This document shows, piece by piece, positions 36,669 to 46,723 of a stretch of DNA of 64,000 bases. Position 1 is the first letter of the stretch. The number at the start of each line of letters is the position of its first letter. Source of the stretch: Parcubacteria group bacterium (lineage in GTDB: Bacteria > Patescibacteriota > Minisyncoccia > Moranbacterales > UBA2206); contig JBAZYF010000001.1 in the NCBI GenBank assembly GCA_041659505.1, forward strand, positions 412,933 through 476,932. Direction: 5' to 3'. Made by a program: the position numbers and the translations under genes. The notes below the pieces were generated by a model. It was not told the origin of the DNA. It saw nothing but the letters and a program-made list of their open reading frames with translations, and did no database searches.

Positions 36669-38777
36669 TTATTCCGCTTGATTTGCCAGTCTTGCTGAAA
36701 GATTAATCCGGCCTTGTGAGTCGATTTCTTTGACCTTGACTTTCACAATATCTCCGACGCTCAGAACATCTTCCACTTTCTCAATCCGTCTCTCAGCAAT
36801 TTCAGAAATATGAATTAGTCCTTCTTGTCCTGGGAGGATTTCCGCAAAGGCGCCAAAGGCCATGATGCGGGTCACTTTGGCATTAAAGATTTCTCCTGCT
36901 TTGACTTCGTGGGTGAGATTGTCAATCCATTCCTTGGCTTTTCCGGCAGAAACTTGGTCAGGCGAAGTGATGAAAATCATACCGCTGTCTTCAATGTCGA
37001 TTTGCACGCCAGTCTGATCAATGATTTCATTGATGATCTTGCCACCAGTTCCAATGACATTTCTGATTTTCTCTGGATTGATCTGCATTGTGATGATTCT
37101 TGGGGCATATTGGGACATCTCGGTGCGTGGTGCTGGCAGAACATCGGTAATTTTTTTCAAAATCTCCAGACGATTTTGGTGAGATTGGGTCAGAACCGCA
37201 GCGAGCATTTCCAGTGTGACTCCGTCAACTTTCACATCCATCTGCATCGCTGTGATGCCTTTTTCCGTTCCAGCTACCTTGAAGTCCATATCACCGTAGT
37301 GATCTTCCAAGCCTTGAATGTCAGTAAGAATCTTGAATTTATTATTTTCTCCGACAATAATTCCCATAGCAATTCCGGAAACTGGGCGCTTGATCGGCAC
37401 GCCAGCATCCATCAGCGATAGTGTCGAACCGCAAGTGGAAGCCATGGAAGATGATCCATTGGAGGAAAGAATTTCAGAAACTAAAAGAATGGTATATGGA
37501 AATTCCTCTTTGGATGGTAAAACTGGAACGAGCGCTTTTTCGGCCAGCGCGCCATGTCCCACTTCTCGTCTTCCCGGTCCTCGCATTGGACGGACTTCTC
37601 CGACTGAATATGGCGGAAAATTGTAGTGATGGATGTAGCGTTTTTTCATGTCTACCTCCATCGTATCGATAATCTGCTGGTCACCAGGCGAACCGAGTGT
37701 CGTGACTGTGAGGGCTTGGGTTTCTCCGCGGGTGAATAGTCCGGTTCCATGAGTCCGTGGCAAGAGGCCTGTTCGACATTCAATATGGCGGATTTCATCT
37801 AGTTTTCGTGAATCCGGGCGCAATTCTTTTTCGAGAATATTTTTATGTACGATTTCATCGGATACCTCCTCAAAGACAATTTCAGCTACTTCTTTCAATT
37901 TCGCTTCTTCTTCTGGAAAAGTTGCTTTGATGTAGTCCTTGACTTTGTCATTGATCGCACTCATCTTTTCCTCGATTACTTTCTTGTCTTTGTCATACAA
38001 TGCTTCAGCTAGATTTTCAGTCATTAAAATTTCTTTGACTTTAGCTTCAAATTCGGGTGTTCCAGCCACAAGCGTTGGCACATTTTTTTCTTTCCCTATT
38101 TCCTTTTGAATTTCTAAAATGAAACCGACAATCTTTTTGATTGCTTCTTGTCCAAAAGTAAAGGCTTTGAGCATTTCTTCTTCAGAAATTTCCATTGCGC
38201 CACTTTCTATCATATTGACTTTGTCAGCACTGCCGGAAATCAAAAGATCAAGTTCGCCTTCAGCTAATTCTCCATTGCTGACTGGATTAAGCACAAACTC
38301 CCCACCGGCTTTTCCGACGCGTACAGCAGCGACTGGACCATTCCAAGGAATATTTGATATGGCGAGAGCAGTCGAAGCAGCGATGATAGCAATCGTATCA
38401 GGGTCGTTTTCTCCATCATAAGAAAGTACGGTCACAATTACTTGCACGTCATTTCGCATCCGGTGGTTGAAAAGTGGACGGATTGTTCGGTCGACGGCGC
38501 GTCCGGAAAGGACGGCGTCATCGGATGGGCGGCCTTCACGTTTGATAAAACGCGAGCCTTTGATTTTCCCGGCGGCATAATAGCGTTCTTCGAAATCTAC
38601 CATCAAAGGGAAATATCCACAGACGCGGGATGCGCCTTTACTCATGACAGCCGTCGCAAGTACGACTGTGTCGCCATAACGCACTGTGACGGCGCCATTA
38701 GCTTGTCCGGCTAAAAGGCCGTTTTCGATTTCCAAGATACGTCCCCCAATTTGGAGAGACCATTTCTTTTGATCCAT
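36669..38777 (-). CDS. pnp: Polyribonucleotide nucleotidyltransferase (PNPase)
   Basis: 702 aa. Two RNase PH domains plus KH and S1 (...GEIFNAKVTRIMAFGAFAEILPGQEGLIHISEI...). Synteny with rpsO. Confidence 0.95.
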   Translation of the reverse strand: MDQKKWSLQIGGRILEIENGLLAGQANGAVTVRYGDTVVLATAVMSKGASRVCGYFPLMVDFEERYYAAGKIKGSRFIKREGRPSDDAVLSGRAVDRTIRPLFNHRMRNDVQVIVTVLSYDGENDPDTIAIIAASTALAISNIPWNGPVAAVRVGKAGGEFVLNPVSNGELAEGELDLLISGSADKVNMIESGAMEISEEEMLKAFTFGQEAIKKIVGFILEIQKEIGKEKNVPTLVAGTPEFEAKVKEILMTENLAEALYDKDKKVIEEKMSAINDKVKDYIKATFPEEEAKLKEVAEIVFEEVSDEIVHKNILEKELRPDSRKLDEIRHIECRTGLLPRTHGTGLFTRGETQALTVTTLGSPGDQQIIDTMEVDMKKRYIHHYNFPPYSVGEVRPMRGPGRREVGHGALAEKALVPVLPSKEEFPYTILLVSEILSSNGSSSMASTCGSTLSLMDAGVPIKRPVSGIAMGIIVGENNKFKILTDIQGLEDHYGDMDFKVAGTEKGITAMQMDVKVDGVTLEMLAAVLTQSHQNRLEILKKITDVLPAPRTEMSQYAPRIITMQINPEKIRNVIGTGGKIINEIIDQTGVQIDIEDSGMIFITSPDQVSAGKAKEWIDNLTHEVKAGEIFNAKVTRIMAFGAFAEILPGQEGLIHISEIAERRIEKVEDVLSVGDIVKVKVKEIDSQGRINLSARLANQAE

Positions 38778-38994
38778 TTAGTTGTGTGAAGTCGCATCTG
38801 GCACTAAGTTTAGCGAAAAAAACATGTCGTATGACGATGATTTACGAATTAGGAACTGCAAATTTTTGCAAACCCTAATTCATAAATCCCCATACTTTGG
38901 CTAATTTATGCCTAAAATGAGACTTATTTTTAATTATTTAACTTTTCAAGTCTAGCCTATTTTTGGGTTTTTGGCAAGTTTTTGCCTGTTTTGG

Positions 38995-39026
38995 AAAACA
39001 AAAAACCTCCAATGGAGGTTTTTTAG
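38995..39026. terminator. Bidirectional intrinsic terminator
   Basis: AAAAAACCTCC-aat-GGAGGTTTTTT. Confidence 0.6.
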
Positions 39027-39038
39027 TTTCTGGTTTTC

Positions 39039-39464
39039 TTAAAGCGAAACGTTCATAATTTTAATTTCCGGCTTTTGTGGCGTATTATCAATTCTGGAAA
39101 AAGCGAGATAGCCAGGAACAATAAGATTTAGCGGTGAAATAATCATTAGAATTCCCAGCCATTCTGGTTTTCGCAATATCTTGGAAATTCCCATCCAAAC
39201 CAGTACATAAGTGACAAGATTAGCCACAGGAATGAAAAACCAAATAATCCACCAAGTGGGTTTTTTGGCAATTTCCAGCGCCAAGAGCATATCAAGAATT
39301 GGAATCCAAGCAAACCAAGCATTTCCCGTGTTAGTTTTCCTGGCAATTTTTAAAAGGCAAATTGACATATAGACATAGCACAAAGAAAAAAAGATAAACA
39401 GAAAGATGAATAGTCCGCCTACAATTGGCAATATTGACTCATTTGGTATGTTTATTTGATTCAT
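39039..39464 (-). CDS. Small polytopic membrane protein, unknown function
   Basis: 141 aa, 4 hydrophobic helices. Confidence 0.45.
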   Translation of the reverse strand: MNQINIPNESILPIVGGLFIFLFIFFSLCYVYMSICLLKIARKTNTGNAWFAWIPILDMLLALEIAKKPTWWIIWFFIPVANLVTYVLVWMGISKILRKPEWLGILMIISPLNLIVPGYLAFSRIDNTPQKPEIKIMNVSL

Positions 39465-39468
39465 ATTG

Positions 39469-39966
39469 TTAAATCAAAAACTTTTTCTTATTTTCGCTCA
39501 AATTAATGAAAGCGTCCAGTTCTTCAACCAGCTTGTTGCTGGTCGATTCCATAAAAGCGATGCCTTCGACGCGACAACCAGTGGTGGATTGGATATATTT
39601 GACCAAAGGAATGTAATCTCCATCGCCGGAAACCAAAACAATTGCATCAAGGGTTTTGGACATTTTAATGGCGTCCACGGCAATTCCCACGTCCCAATCC
39701 CCCTTTTTGGCTCCGCCGGGAAAGATTTGCAAATCTTTGGTTTTGACCTCATAGCCGACTTTTTCCAAGGCGTCAAAAAACTTTTCTTCTTGGCCTTCGA
39801 GAGTCTTGATTCCATAAGCGATGGCGCGGATCAGTTTCCGGTCACCGACGGCTTCTTTCAGGACTTGACCGAAATTGACTTTTTTTTGATGAAGCACTTT
39901 CGCGCTGTAATAGAGGTTTTGGATGTCGACCAAAACACCGATGCGTTGTTCTTTGTAGATACTCAT
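39469..39966 (-). CDS. NYN-domain (LabA/DUF88-like) protein
   Basis: ...RIGVLVDIQNLYYSAK...LIRAIAYG...IAVDAIKMSKTLDAIVLVSGDGDYIPLVKYIQ... is the NYN/LabA PIN-like signature. Confidence 0.78.
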   Translation of the reverse strand: MSIYKEQRIGVLVDIQNLYYSAKVLHQKKVNFGQVLKEAVGDRKLIRAIAYGIKTLEGQEEKFFDALEKVGYEVKTKDLQIFPGGAKKGDWDVGIAVDAIKMSKTLDAIVLVSGDGDYIPLVKYIQSTTGCRVEGIAFMESTSNKLVEELDAFINLSENKKKFLI

Positions 39967-40026
39967 AATGTTTTTTGTTATTTTAACCTAAAAAGCAAAA
40001 TGATAATCATTTTGCTTTTAGTAATT

Positions 40027-40296
40027 TTAGCCTTTGAGTTCCAATTTCTTGATCAAGGCTTTATAGTTTTTCTCGTTAGTTTTTTTCAAGTAGTCGAGAA
40101 GTCTTTTTCGTTTTGAGACCATTTTTAGGAGGCCTCTGCGAGAATGAAAGTCTTTAGCGTTTTTCTTGAGGTGCGCGGTCAATTTCTTGATCTGTTCGGT
40201 GAAAAGAGCAACTTGGTATTCCGGAGAACCCGTGTCTTTTTCGTGTCTTTTGACATCGCTTGTTACCTTTGCTTTTTGCTTGCCTGTAAGAGCCAT
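40027..40296 (-). CDS. rpsO: 30S ribosomal protein S15
   Basis: 89 aa. ...HEKDTGSPEYQVALFTEQIKKLTAHLKKNAKDFHSRRGLLKMVSKRKRLLDYL. Confidence 0.92.
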   Translation of the reverse strand: MALTGKQKAKVTSDVKRHEKDTGSPEYQVALFTEQIKKLTAHLKKNAKDFHSRRGLLKMVSKRKRLLDYLKKTNEKNYKALIKKLELKG

Positions 40297-40471
40297 AGCA
40301 TTTTTGAGGCAAAACAGAGGTTGCGGCTACGCGTCAACTGCTGTTTGCTAATAATATGATTATATTTGAACGATATACTATAATTAGAGTTTTGGCAAGG
40401 GAGCGGCGTAATTTTCTGATTTATCTCAAATTTTGTTCCTGTGCTACAATGGTTAGATAATAGAAAAAACT

Positions 40472-42640
40472 ATGACAACATTATTAGAAAATCTAAATCT
40501 TTCCCAACGTGAAGCGGTAGAAACGACCGAGGGGCCGGTTTTGGTGATTGCCGGCGCCGGTTCAGGGAAAACACGGGCGTTGACTTTTCGCACTGCATAC
40601 CTTATTTGTGAAAAAGGCGTGCGACCAGGACAGATTTTGGCGGTCACTTTTACTAACAAAGCGGCCAAAGAAATGCAAGAGCGGATCGCGCAATTGCTAT
40701 CCGAATATGGTTTTAAGGGAAAATTGCCTCTCATCGGCACTTTTCATTCGATCTGCGCGAGACTACTGCGCGCGGAAATTGGCAAGATTGGCTATGAAAG
40801 CAATTTTAATATCTTTGACGCCCAAGATCAGCAGAGTCTTATCAAAAAAACGATGAAGGAGTTGGGCGTTGATCCGACGCAATTTCGTCCACAAAGTATC
40901 TTAGGCGCAATTTCTAAGGCTAAAAATGAACTGATTGATGCTGAAATGTTTCAAAAGGCCGTTGGCGGTTATTGGGAGGAAATTGTTTCGAAAGTCTACA
41001 CAGCCTATCAAGAACGGCTAAAAAAGAATAACGCGCTGGATTTTGATGACATTTTAATGCTTTTGGTCAGGATTTTTCGGACATATCCAGAAGTATTAGA
41101 AAAATATCAAAATATTTTCCGCTATGTCATGGTAGATGAATATCAAGATACAAACCATGCGCAATACGTTCTCATTAAAATGCTGGCGGACAAACACAAA
41201 AATATTTGTGTCGTGGGAGATGATTGGCAGGGGATTTATTCCTGGCGCGGAGCCAATATCCAAAATATTCTTGATTTTGAAAAAGACTATCCAGCTGCCA
41301 AGGTGGTGAAACTGGAGCAGAATTATCGCTCGACCCAGCAGATTTTGGACGCGGCCTATGGGGTGATTTCCAAAAACATCAATCGCAAGGACAAGAAAAT
41401 TTGGACGGAAAATAAGACCGGCCATCTTTTAGCGTCATATGAAGCTGAGGATGAGAGTGATGAAGCGCAATTTATTGTTTCAGAAGCAATTTCTCTTCGC
41501 AATAAGGGCGTGAAATTAAACAACATCGTCGTGCTCTATCGGACGAATGCGCAATCACGGATCATTGAGGAAGCGCTTTTGGGCGAATCAATTCCGTACC
41601 GCATTATTGGCGGACTGAAATTCTATCAACGAAAGGAAATCAAAGATATTATCGCCTATTTGCGTCTGATTGAAAATTTTAATGATGAGATTTCTCTTGA
41701 GCGGATCATTAATGAGCCAAAAAGGGGCATTGGAGAAAAGACGGTGGAGAAATGGGTTTCTTTTGCAAAGATAAATAGTCTTGATCTAATCGCAGCTGGT
41801 TTGGAAGTTTCAGTTCAGGACAAAGCAACTGGAACTAAAATCATTAAGACTAAATTGGATAGCATCGCCAAATTTTGTGAGTTCACAAAAAGAATGCGAG
41901 AAGTGAAAAATAAGCTGACTTTAGCTGACTTTATTCAGAAAGTCTTTTCCGAAAGTGGCTATGAGAGACAATTGACGGATGGAACAGATGAAGGGCAGAT
42001 GCGGGTAGAAAATGTGCGAGAGCTGCTCACAGTAGCGAAGAAATATGACAAGTTCGTGGATGGTGAAGGTTTGCGGCTGTTTCTGGAAGAGGTGGCGCTT
42101 GTCGCGGATACGGATAATATTGATCAATCCAGCGAAGCGGTGCATCTAATGACATTGCACAGCGCTAAGGGTTTGGAATTTCAATACGTTTTCATTATCG
42201 GCTTGGAGGAGGGGATTTTGCCTCATTCGCGCAGTATGCTCAGTGAAATTGAGATGGAAGAAGAACGGCGATTGATGTATGTCGGAATTACGCGGGCAAA
42301 AGAAAAGGTCTATCTGCTTTTTACCAAGATGCGTACAATTTATGGTTCAACGCAAATCAACGCGCCATCACGTTTTTTGGATGATATCCCGGCGGAACTG
42401 GTGGAAAATGCCGAAAATTCAATAATTAATGCATGCGTTGAAAAATACGCTTCTAGCAGAAAAAAGACTATTCTTACGGATATGAAAATTTGCTACAAAG
42501 GCGGTGAGCGGATTAGTCACGAAAAATTTGGTGAAGGTCTGGTGATTTCTTCTCAGGGAAATATTATTACAGTTGCATTCAGGTCTGTTGGACTTAAGAA
42601 ACTAGATGTTTCTTTGGCGCCGATTAAAAAATTAGCTTAG
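40472..42640 (+). CDS. pcrA: ATP-dependent DNA helicase PcrA/UvrD (superfamily 1)
   Basis: MTTLLENLNLSQREAVETTEGPVLVIAGAGSGKTRALTFRTAYLI, motif II VMVDEYQDTNHAQY, ...LHSAKGLEFQYVFIIGLEEG.... Confidence 0.9.
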   Translation: MTTLLENLNLSQREAVETTEGPVLVIAGAGSGKTRALTFRTAYLICEKGVRPGQILAVTFTNKAAKEMQERIAQLLSEYGFKGKLPLIGTFHSICARLLRAEIGKIGYESNFNIFDAQDQQSLIKKTMKELGVDPTQFRPQSILGAISKAKNELIDAEMFQKAVGGYWEEIVSKVYTAYQERLKKNNALDFDDILMLLVRIFRTYPEVLEKYQNIFRYVMVDEYQDTNHAQYVLIKMLADKHKNICVVGDDWQGIYSWRGANIQNILDFEKDYPAAKVVKLEQNYRSTQQILDAAYGVISKNINRKDKKIWTENKTGHLLASYEAEDESDEAQFIVSEAISLRNKGVKLNNIVVLYRTNAQSRIIEEALLGESIPYRIIGGLKFYQRKEIKDIIAYLRLIENFNDEISLERIINEPKRGIGEKTVEKWVSFAKINSLDLIAAGLEVSVQDKATGTKIIKTKLDSIAKFCEFTKRMREVKNKLTLADFIQKVFSESGYERQLTDGTDEGQMRVENVRELLTVAKKYDKFVDGEGLRLFLEEVALVADTDNIDQSSEAVHLMTLHSAKGLEFQYVFIIGLEEGILPHSRSMLSEIEMEEERRLMYVGITRAKEKVYLLFTKMRTIYGSTQINAPSRFLDDIPAELVENAENSIINACVEKYASSRKKTILTDMKICYKGGERISHEKFGEGLVISSQGNIITVAFRSVGLKKLDVSLAPIKKLA

Positions 42641-42647
42641 CTTTAAT

Positions 42648-42813
42648 TATATCCCCTTCGCCCCTCGGGAGAAGGTGGCTGAAGGCCGGATGAGGGCAAG
42701 GGCTTTTGGTAAAATTATTACTATCCTACGCAGAACATTTCTATCTTTTGCTATCACCCTTGCCCTCACCTGTCACGTGCTCGTGACATCCTCTCCCGGA
42801 GGGAGAAGAGGCT
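42648..42813 (+). repeat. Composite palindromic intergenic repeat, full copy (A - spacer - B)
   Basis: A at 42648-42704, spacer, then B at 42767-42813 with inner hairpin GTCACGTGCTCGTGAC. Begins 8 nt after the pcrA stop. Confidence 0.8.
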
Positions 42814-42870
42814 CAGAATACAAAAAACGTCCCAATTAGATGGGACGTTTTTATTTTATATCAAGAAATA

Positions 42871-43968
42871 TTATCGAATAAATCCTTTAATCACCCGACT
42901 ATTCTTAGCCACGACGCGGGTAGATTTTTTGGCCCAACCCTTATAGTTCATTTCCGAAACGGTAAACGTGTCCGATCCGACGCTGGTGACAAGTGCGACA
43001 TGTCCCCACCAAGACTCAGATGAAACCATGATTGATCCGACAGTCGGAGTTTTGCCAGTTGCATAGCCGGCGGCCTTAGCATGATAGAGCCAGGTTCCCG
43101 CATTGCCACCCCAAGGAATATTTCTTTTTTGAGCGACGTACCAGGTGCAATAGCCATAAGGAAAGCTGTGTCCGCTTCCTCCAGCACCGCTGAGTGTTTT
43201 TCCGGCTGATTCAAATGATTCATAGGTGCGCGGAGCAATTCCTAGGCTAGTTGCGGTTTCAGTGGGTTTGGGCTTGGGAATTTCTCTTTGTCCGTCTGGA
43301 ATAGTGATGGTGTCGCCTACTTTCAGTTCCCCATCAAGATGCAGGGAATTAAAAGCAATGATTTTATCTTTGTCCGCCTTAAATTCCTTGGCAATACTAT
43401 TGATATCATCGCCATTTTTGACTGTATAGGAGAGTCCGGAAACAGGAAGGATGAATATTTTGTCTCCCGGCATGATGGAATCGACATCATCAATCGCATT
43501 AGCCCAAAGGAGCGTATTGATTGTGACATTGTTAGCTGAGGCGATCGATCCCATCGTATCACCATTTTTGACTTCATAAATTACCACGCCGCCATCTTCT
43601 TCTGGGTCTTTGAGGACGGGGCTGTTTTCACAAACCAATGAGTTTCCTTGCATAAGTACCGGGTCATTTTCGTCGTCGGCTGGTTTCAGTGTCAGATCAG
43701 GAACTTTAGACGCCTCGGAAAGCGGAGCAAGCGCCAAAGAAGTTTTTTTGTTGGCGGTCAAAAACATCTTGTCTTCCAGTGGGCTGGCATAATTGTCGGT
43801 GTTGCCAGTTTCCAGGTAGCCAAAAAGGAATCCGCTGGAGTTTTGTCCGGCAGAAAGATTAGTGGCGGAAACAAGAAGTGCACTGGAGGCAACGACAACA
43901 AAAGAAGAATAATTGCGGAAAATATGCAAAAGTTTCACCGTGCGGCGTCTTTTGATGAAAATCACCAC
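42871..43968 (-). CDS. Secreted peptidoglycan hydrolase: LysM repeats + C-terminal CHAP domain
   Basis: The LysM motifs YEVKNGDTMGSIASANNVTINTLLWAN and YTVKNGDDINSIAKEFKADKDKIIAFN. The CHAP motif ...YGYCTWYVAQKR...WGHVALV.... Confidence 0.8.
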   Translation of the reverse strand: MVIFIKRRRTVKLLHIFRNYSSFVVVASSALLVSATNLSAGQNSSGFLFGYLETGNTDNYASPLEDKMFLTANKKTSLALAPLSEASKVPDLTLKPADDENDPVLMQGNSLVCENSPVLKDPEEDGGVVIYEVKNGDTMGSIASANNVTINTLLWANAIDDVDSIMPGDKIFILPVSGLSYTVKNGDDINSIAKEFKADKDKIIAFNSLHLDGELKVGDTITIPDGQREIPKPKPTETATSLGIAPRTYESFESAGKTLSGAGGSGHSFPYGYCTWYVAQKRNIPWGGNAGTWLYHAKAAGYATGKTPTVGSIMVSSESWWGHVALVTSVGSDTFTVSEMNYKGWAKKSTRVVAKNSRVIKGFIR

Positions 43969-44217
43969 CCTTTTTTGGAATAAAAAAAGGCTAGTGAGAA
44001 AGTCTTTAAATTTTTTCTTACGGAAGATAATGGGAGAAGTTTTTTGAATTAGATTACTAATACAATTAACCTTTCTTTTAGTTTTAGCAAGAATCTTGCC
44101 CGTTCCTCGTCTGATTATCGGACAAACCTTGATCCTAAAACCCTAATTTTTACCTGCTAGACAGTATAGCTCAGGCGAGTATTTTTGTCAATCGGGTTTT
44201 TGGTGTAGAATTGGACT

Positions 44218-45153
44218 ATGGATATCCACGAACTTGAAGTCCAATTTTTGGAACATTTGGAAATTGAGAGGGGTCGCTCGCAAAAAACGATCGAAAACTA
44301 TGACCACTATCTCAGGCGCTTTTTGGATTGGGCTGAGATCTCTCGACCCGAGCAAGTCACAGCCGAAATGGTGCGAAATTTTCGGATTTATCTTAATCGC
44401 TACGAAGATGCGAAGGGGAAAAAGCTGAAAAAAATTACGCAAGGCTATTATGTGATTGCCATCCGCAATTTTCTCAAGTTTCTCTCCAAAAGAGATATCA
44501 AGTCGCTTCAGGCGGAAAAAATTGAAACGGGAAAAGCCCCGACGCGGGAAGTAGATTTTTTGGAAATGGAGGAAGTGGAGCGAATTTTAGCGCAGGCGAA
44601 TGGGCAAGATCTCAAGAATCTGCGTGATCGGGCGATTTTGGAACTGCTTTTTTCGGCCGGTCTTCGGGTGTCCGAGTTGACGGATATAAATAGAGAAAAA
44701 ATTGACCTGAAAGGGCGAGAGTTGAGCGTGCGAGGCAAAGGCGACAAAGTACGGGTAGTTTTTATTTCCGACTCCGCCGCTCAAGCGATAAGTAAATACC
44801 TAGACAAGCGCACGGATGTTGATCCAGCACTGTTTGTCCGGGATTTTCAGGGACTTATGAAATTTGAAGCTAAAAATAGCAAAAAAACTGGGGATAACTT
44901 GCGACTAACTCCCCGATCAGTCCAAAGAATCGTCAAATACTACGCAACTAAGGCCGGAATCGTGAAAGATGTCCATCCGCACACTCTCCGCCATTCCTTC
45001 GCCACAGATCTCCTCATCAACGGCGCCGATATCCGCTCAGTCCAAGCCATGTTAGGACATTCTTCTATCACAACAACCCAGGTTTATACCCATGTTACTA
45101 ACAAGCAACTTAAAGAAGTACACCAGGCGTTTCATTCCAGGAGAAAAAGATAG
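44218..45153 (+). CDS. Tyrosine site-specific recombinase, XerC/XerD-like
   Basis: N-terminal SAM-like core-binding domain (IERGRSQKTIENYDHYLRRF). Catalytic R...K...HTLRHSFATDLL...GHSSITTTQVYTHV with Tyr. 311 aa. Confidence 0.85.
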   Translation: MDIHELEVQFLEHLEIERGRSQKTIENYDHYLRRFLDWAEISRPEQVTAEMVRNFRIYLNRYEDAKGKKLKKITQGYYVIAIRNFLKFLSKRDIKSLQAEKIETGKAPTREVDFLEMEEVERILAQANGQDLKNLRDRAILELLFSAGLRVSELTDINREKIDLKGRELSVRGKGDKVRVVFISDSAAQAISKYLDKRTDVDPALFVRDFQGLMKFEAKNSKKTGDNLRLTPRSVQRIVKYYATKAGIVKDVHPHTLRHSFATDLLINGADIRSVQAMLGHSSITTTQVYTHVTNKQLKEVHQAFHSRRKR

Positions 45154-45162
45154 GCTTAAAAA

Positions 45163-45194
45163 GAAAAAATCGCCAATCAGACTGGCGATTTTTT
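45163..45194. terminator. Intrinsic terminator after the recombinase gene
   Basis: AAAAAATCGCCA-atcagac-TGGCGATTTTTTC. Confidence 0.6.
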
Positions 45195-45243
45195 CTTTAC
45201 GGGATAACTAGGTTAATTTTGTGGGACCAGCCCCGCCTCGGCG

Positions 45244-45315
45244 GGACGACCAAGAAATTGTTGTGGGACCAGCTGGATTCGAACCAGCGACCAAGAGATT
45301 ATGAGTCCCGTGCTC
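45244..45315 (-). tRNA. tRNA-Met (anticodon CAT); could alternatively be a lysidine-modified tRNA-Ile2
   Basis: Cloverleaf read by eye: acceptor GGGACCA/TGGTCCC, D arm GCTC-AGTGGTA-GAGC, anticodon loop CUCAUAA, T arm GCTGG-TTCGAAT-CCAGC. CCA is not encoded. The 13-nt 3' end (TGTGGGACCAGC) is duplicated 8 nt downstream at 45221-45233. Confidence 0.78.
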
Positions 45316-45352
45316 TACCACTGAGCTATGGTCCCGAATTTACGAACTAAAT

Positions 45353-46150
45353 CTAGTCTAGCCTTTGTTCGTGATTATGTCTAGGTATATCGCTCATAAA
45401 ACCCTGTTTTAACTTTATTTCTGGCAAATGATCCCACAGCGCTTCAAAAATAAGTTTCAAGGTGTTGTATATTTCCGAACTCTCAATGATGACCGCTAGG
45501 GTTTCCTTAGCGGAGATGAGGGATATTTTTGAGTGGCCGTAAATATCTATTTCTATGGAAAAAGGATATTTACTTTTATCGATTAATTTTGTGGAGCGCA
45601 ATTCTTTTTGGTCGTTTTCATGGAGCATTCCATGGGTGTAGTCTGTTTTTGGTAGGATTGCTCGCACTCGAATGCCCTTTTTTATTCTCTTTTTAATAAA
45701 CGTGCCCATCCATTCTTGCCCGACAATCTTTACGATATCTTCCGATCCAAAAGCCGAGAATCCGCCAGAATATCTCAAAGTATCCAAGTAGACTTCTTTT
45801 ATACCTTCGACTCCCTCATAGAATCGGATTTTTGGTTTGACGCCGGAAATGTTGTAGAGAGAGCGAAATTGCGGTAAGGCTTCTAGAAAGATCGCTTCTT
45901 TCCGTTCGAAATCCTTTTTGAGCTTTTCTGGATCTTCAGCGATGAAAAATCTTCTTTTTCCTTTTGTTGACTCAAAAATCAGCCCCTTGTTTTTGAGATC
46001 CAGCAGGATATCATAGCAAGTGGTCCTTTTAATGAGGGCTTTTTTGGCGATTTGAATGGTCGTTCCGGAGCCTAACTCTAATGATGCGAGATAGACACCA
46101 GCTTCATGGCTAGACAGTCCGATTTGTTCCAAAATAGCTTTTAGTTCCAT
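45353..46150 (-). CDS. TrmB-family transcriptional regulator (N-terminal wHTH), paralog 1
   Basis: MELKAILEQIGLSSHEAGVYLASLELGSGTTIQIAKKALIKRTTCYDILLDLKNKGLIFE... aligns with the other two TrmB-like ORFs in the window. Confidence 0.7.
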   Translation of the reverse strand: MELKAILEQIGLSSHEAGVYLASLELGSGTTIQIAKKALIKRTTCYDILLDLKNKGLIFESTKGKRRFFIAEDPEKLKKDFERKEAIFLEALPQFRSLYNISGVKPKIRFYEGVEGIKEVYLDTLRYSGGFSAFGSEDIVKIVGQEWMGTFIKKRIKKGIRVRAILPKTDYTHGMLHENDQKELRSTKLIDKSKYPFSIEIDIYGHSKISLISAKETLAVIIESSEIYNTLKLIFEALWDHLPEIKLKQGFMSDIPRHNHEQRLD

Positions 46151-46387
46151 ATATTTAGTATAATGACGACAAAACCGTCATCTATTGCATTATAACAAAA
46201 CTAGTAATAATAGTCAAATAATGCTTATTATAAGGAAAATAAAGCAAAAGAGCTTTTTCAACTATCGACAATGATTGACGCTATCTTTGACAATATGACG
46301 TTTTAGTAGTATAATTGGCTGTTAAGATGAATAGCCACGAAATGATGGGGCGAGTCTTAACAAAAACTTACCATTAACCAAAAAATT

Positions 46388-46588
46388 ATGAAAATGATCT
46401 TGAATAATGGAACAGTTATCGGTAATGCACCGATAATGTCAGAAAAAACCAGGGAATATCTCAATCAATTCTGGCACTTTCCTTCTAATGAAGAAGCGGA
46501 GAAGGAAAAAGAGAAATATTATACCTTTGATTACAAAAGAGAGATTCACAGAAGAACCGATCAAACAGAAAACGAAATTAAGCCCTAA
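46388..46588 (+). CDS. Conserved 66-aa protein, paralog of 57877-58077, transcribed divergently from a TrmB gene
   Basis: MKMILNNGTVIGNAPIMSEKTREYLNQFWHFPSNEEAEKEKEKYYTFDYKREIHRRTDQTENEIKP. Conservation of the paralog pair argues that it is a real gene. Confidence 0.55.
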   Translation: MKMILNNGTVIGNAPIMSEKTREYLNQFWHFPSNEEAEKEKEKYYTFDYKREIHRRTDQTENEIKP

Positions 46589-46723
46589 ATTCTAGCCGAG
46601 GACAGAAAAAGCTTCTGTCTTCCTTAGAGTTTATCTAAATTCGCAGATGGCTCAAAAGCTCATTAAAAAATCAATAATAATGCCGCTTGTATCGGCGGGG
46701 TAGAAATTGAGCAAGGAGAGAAA

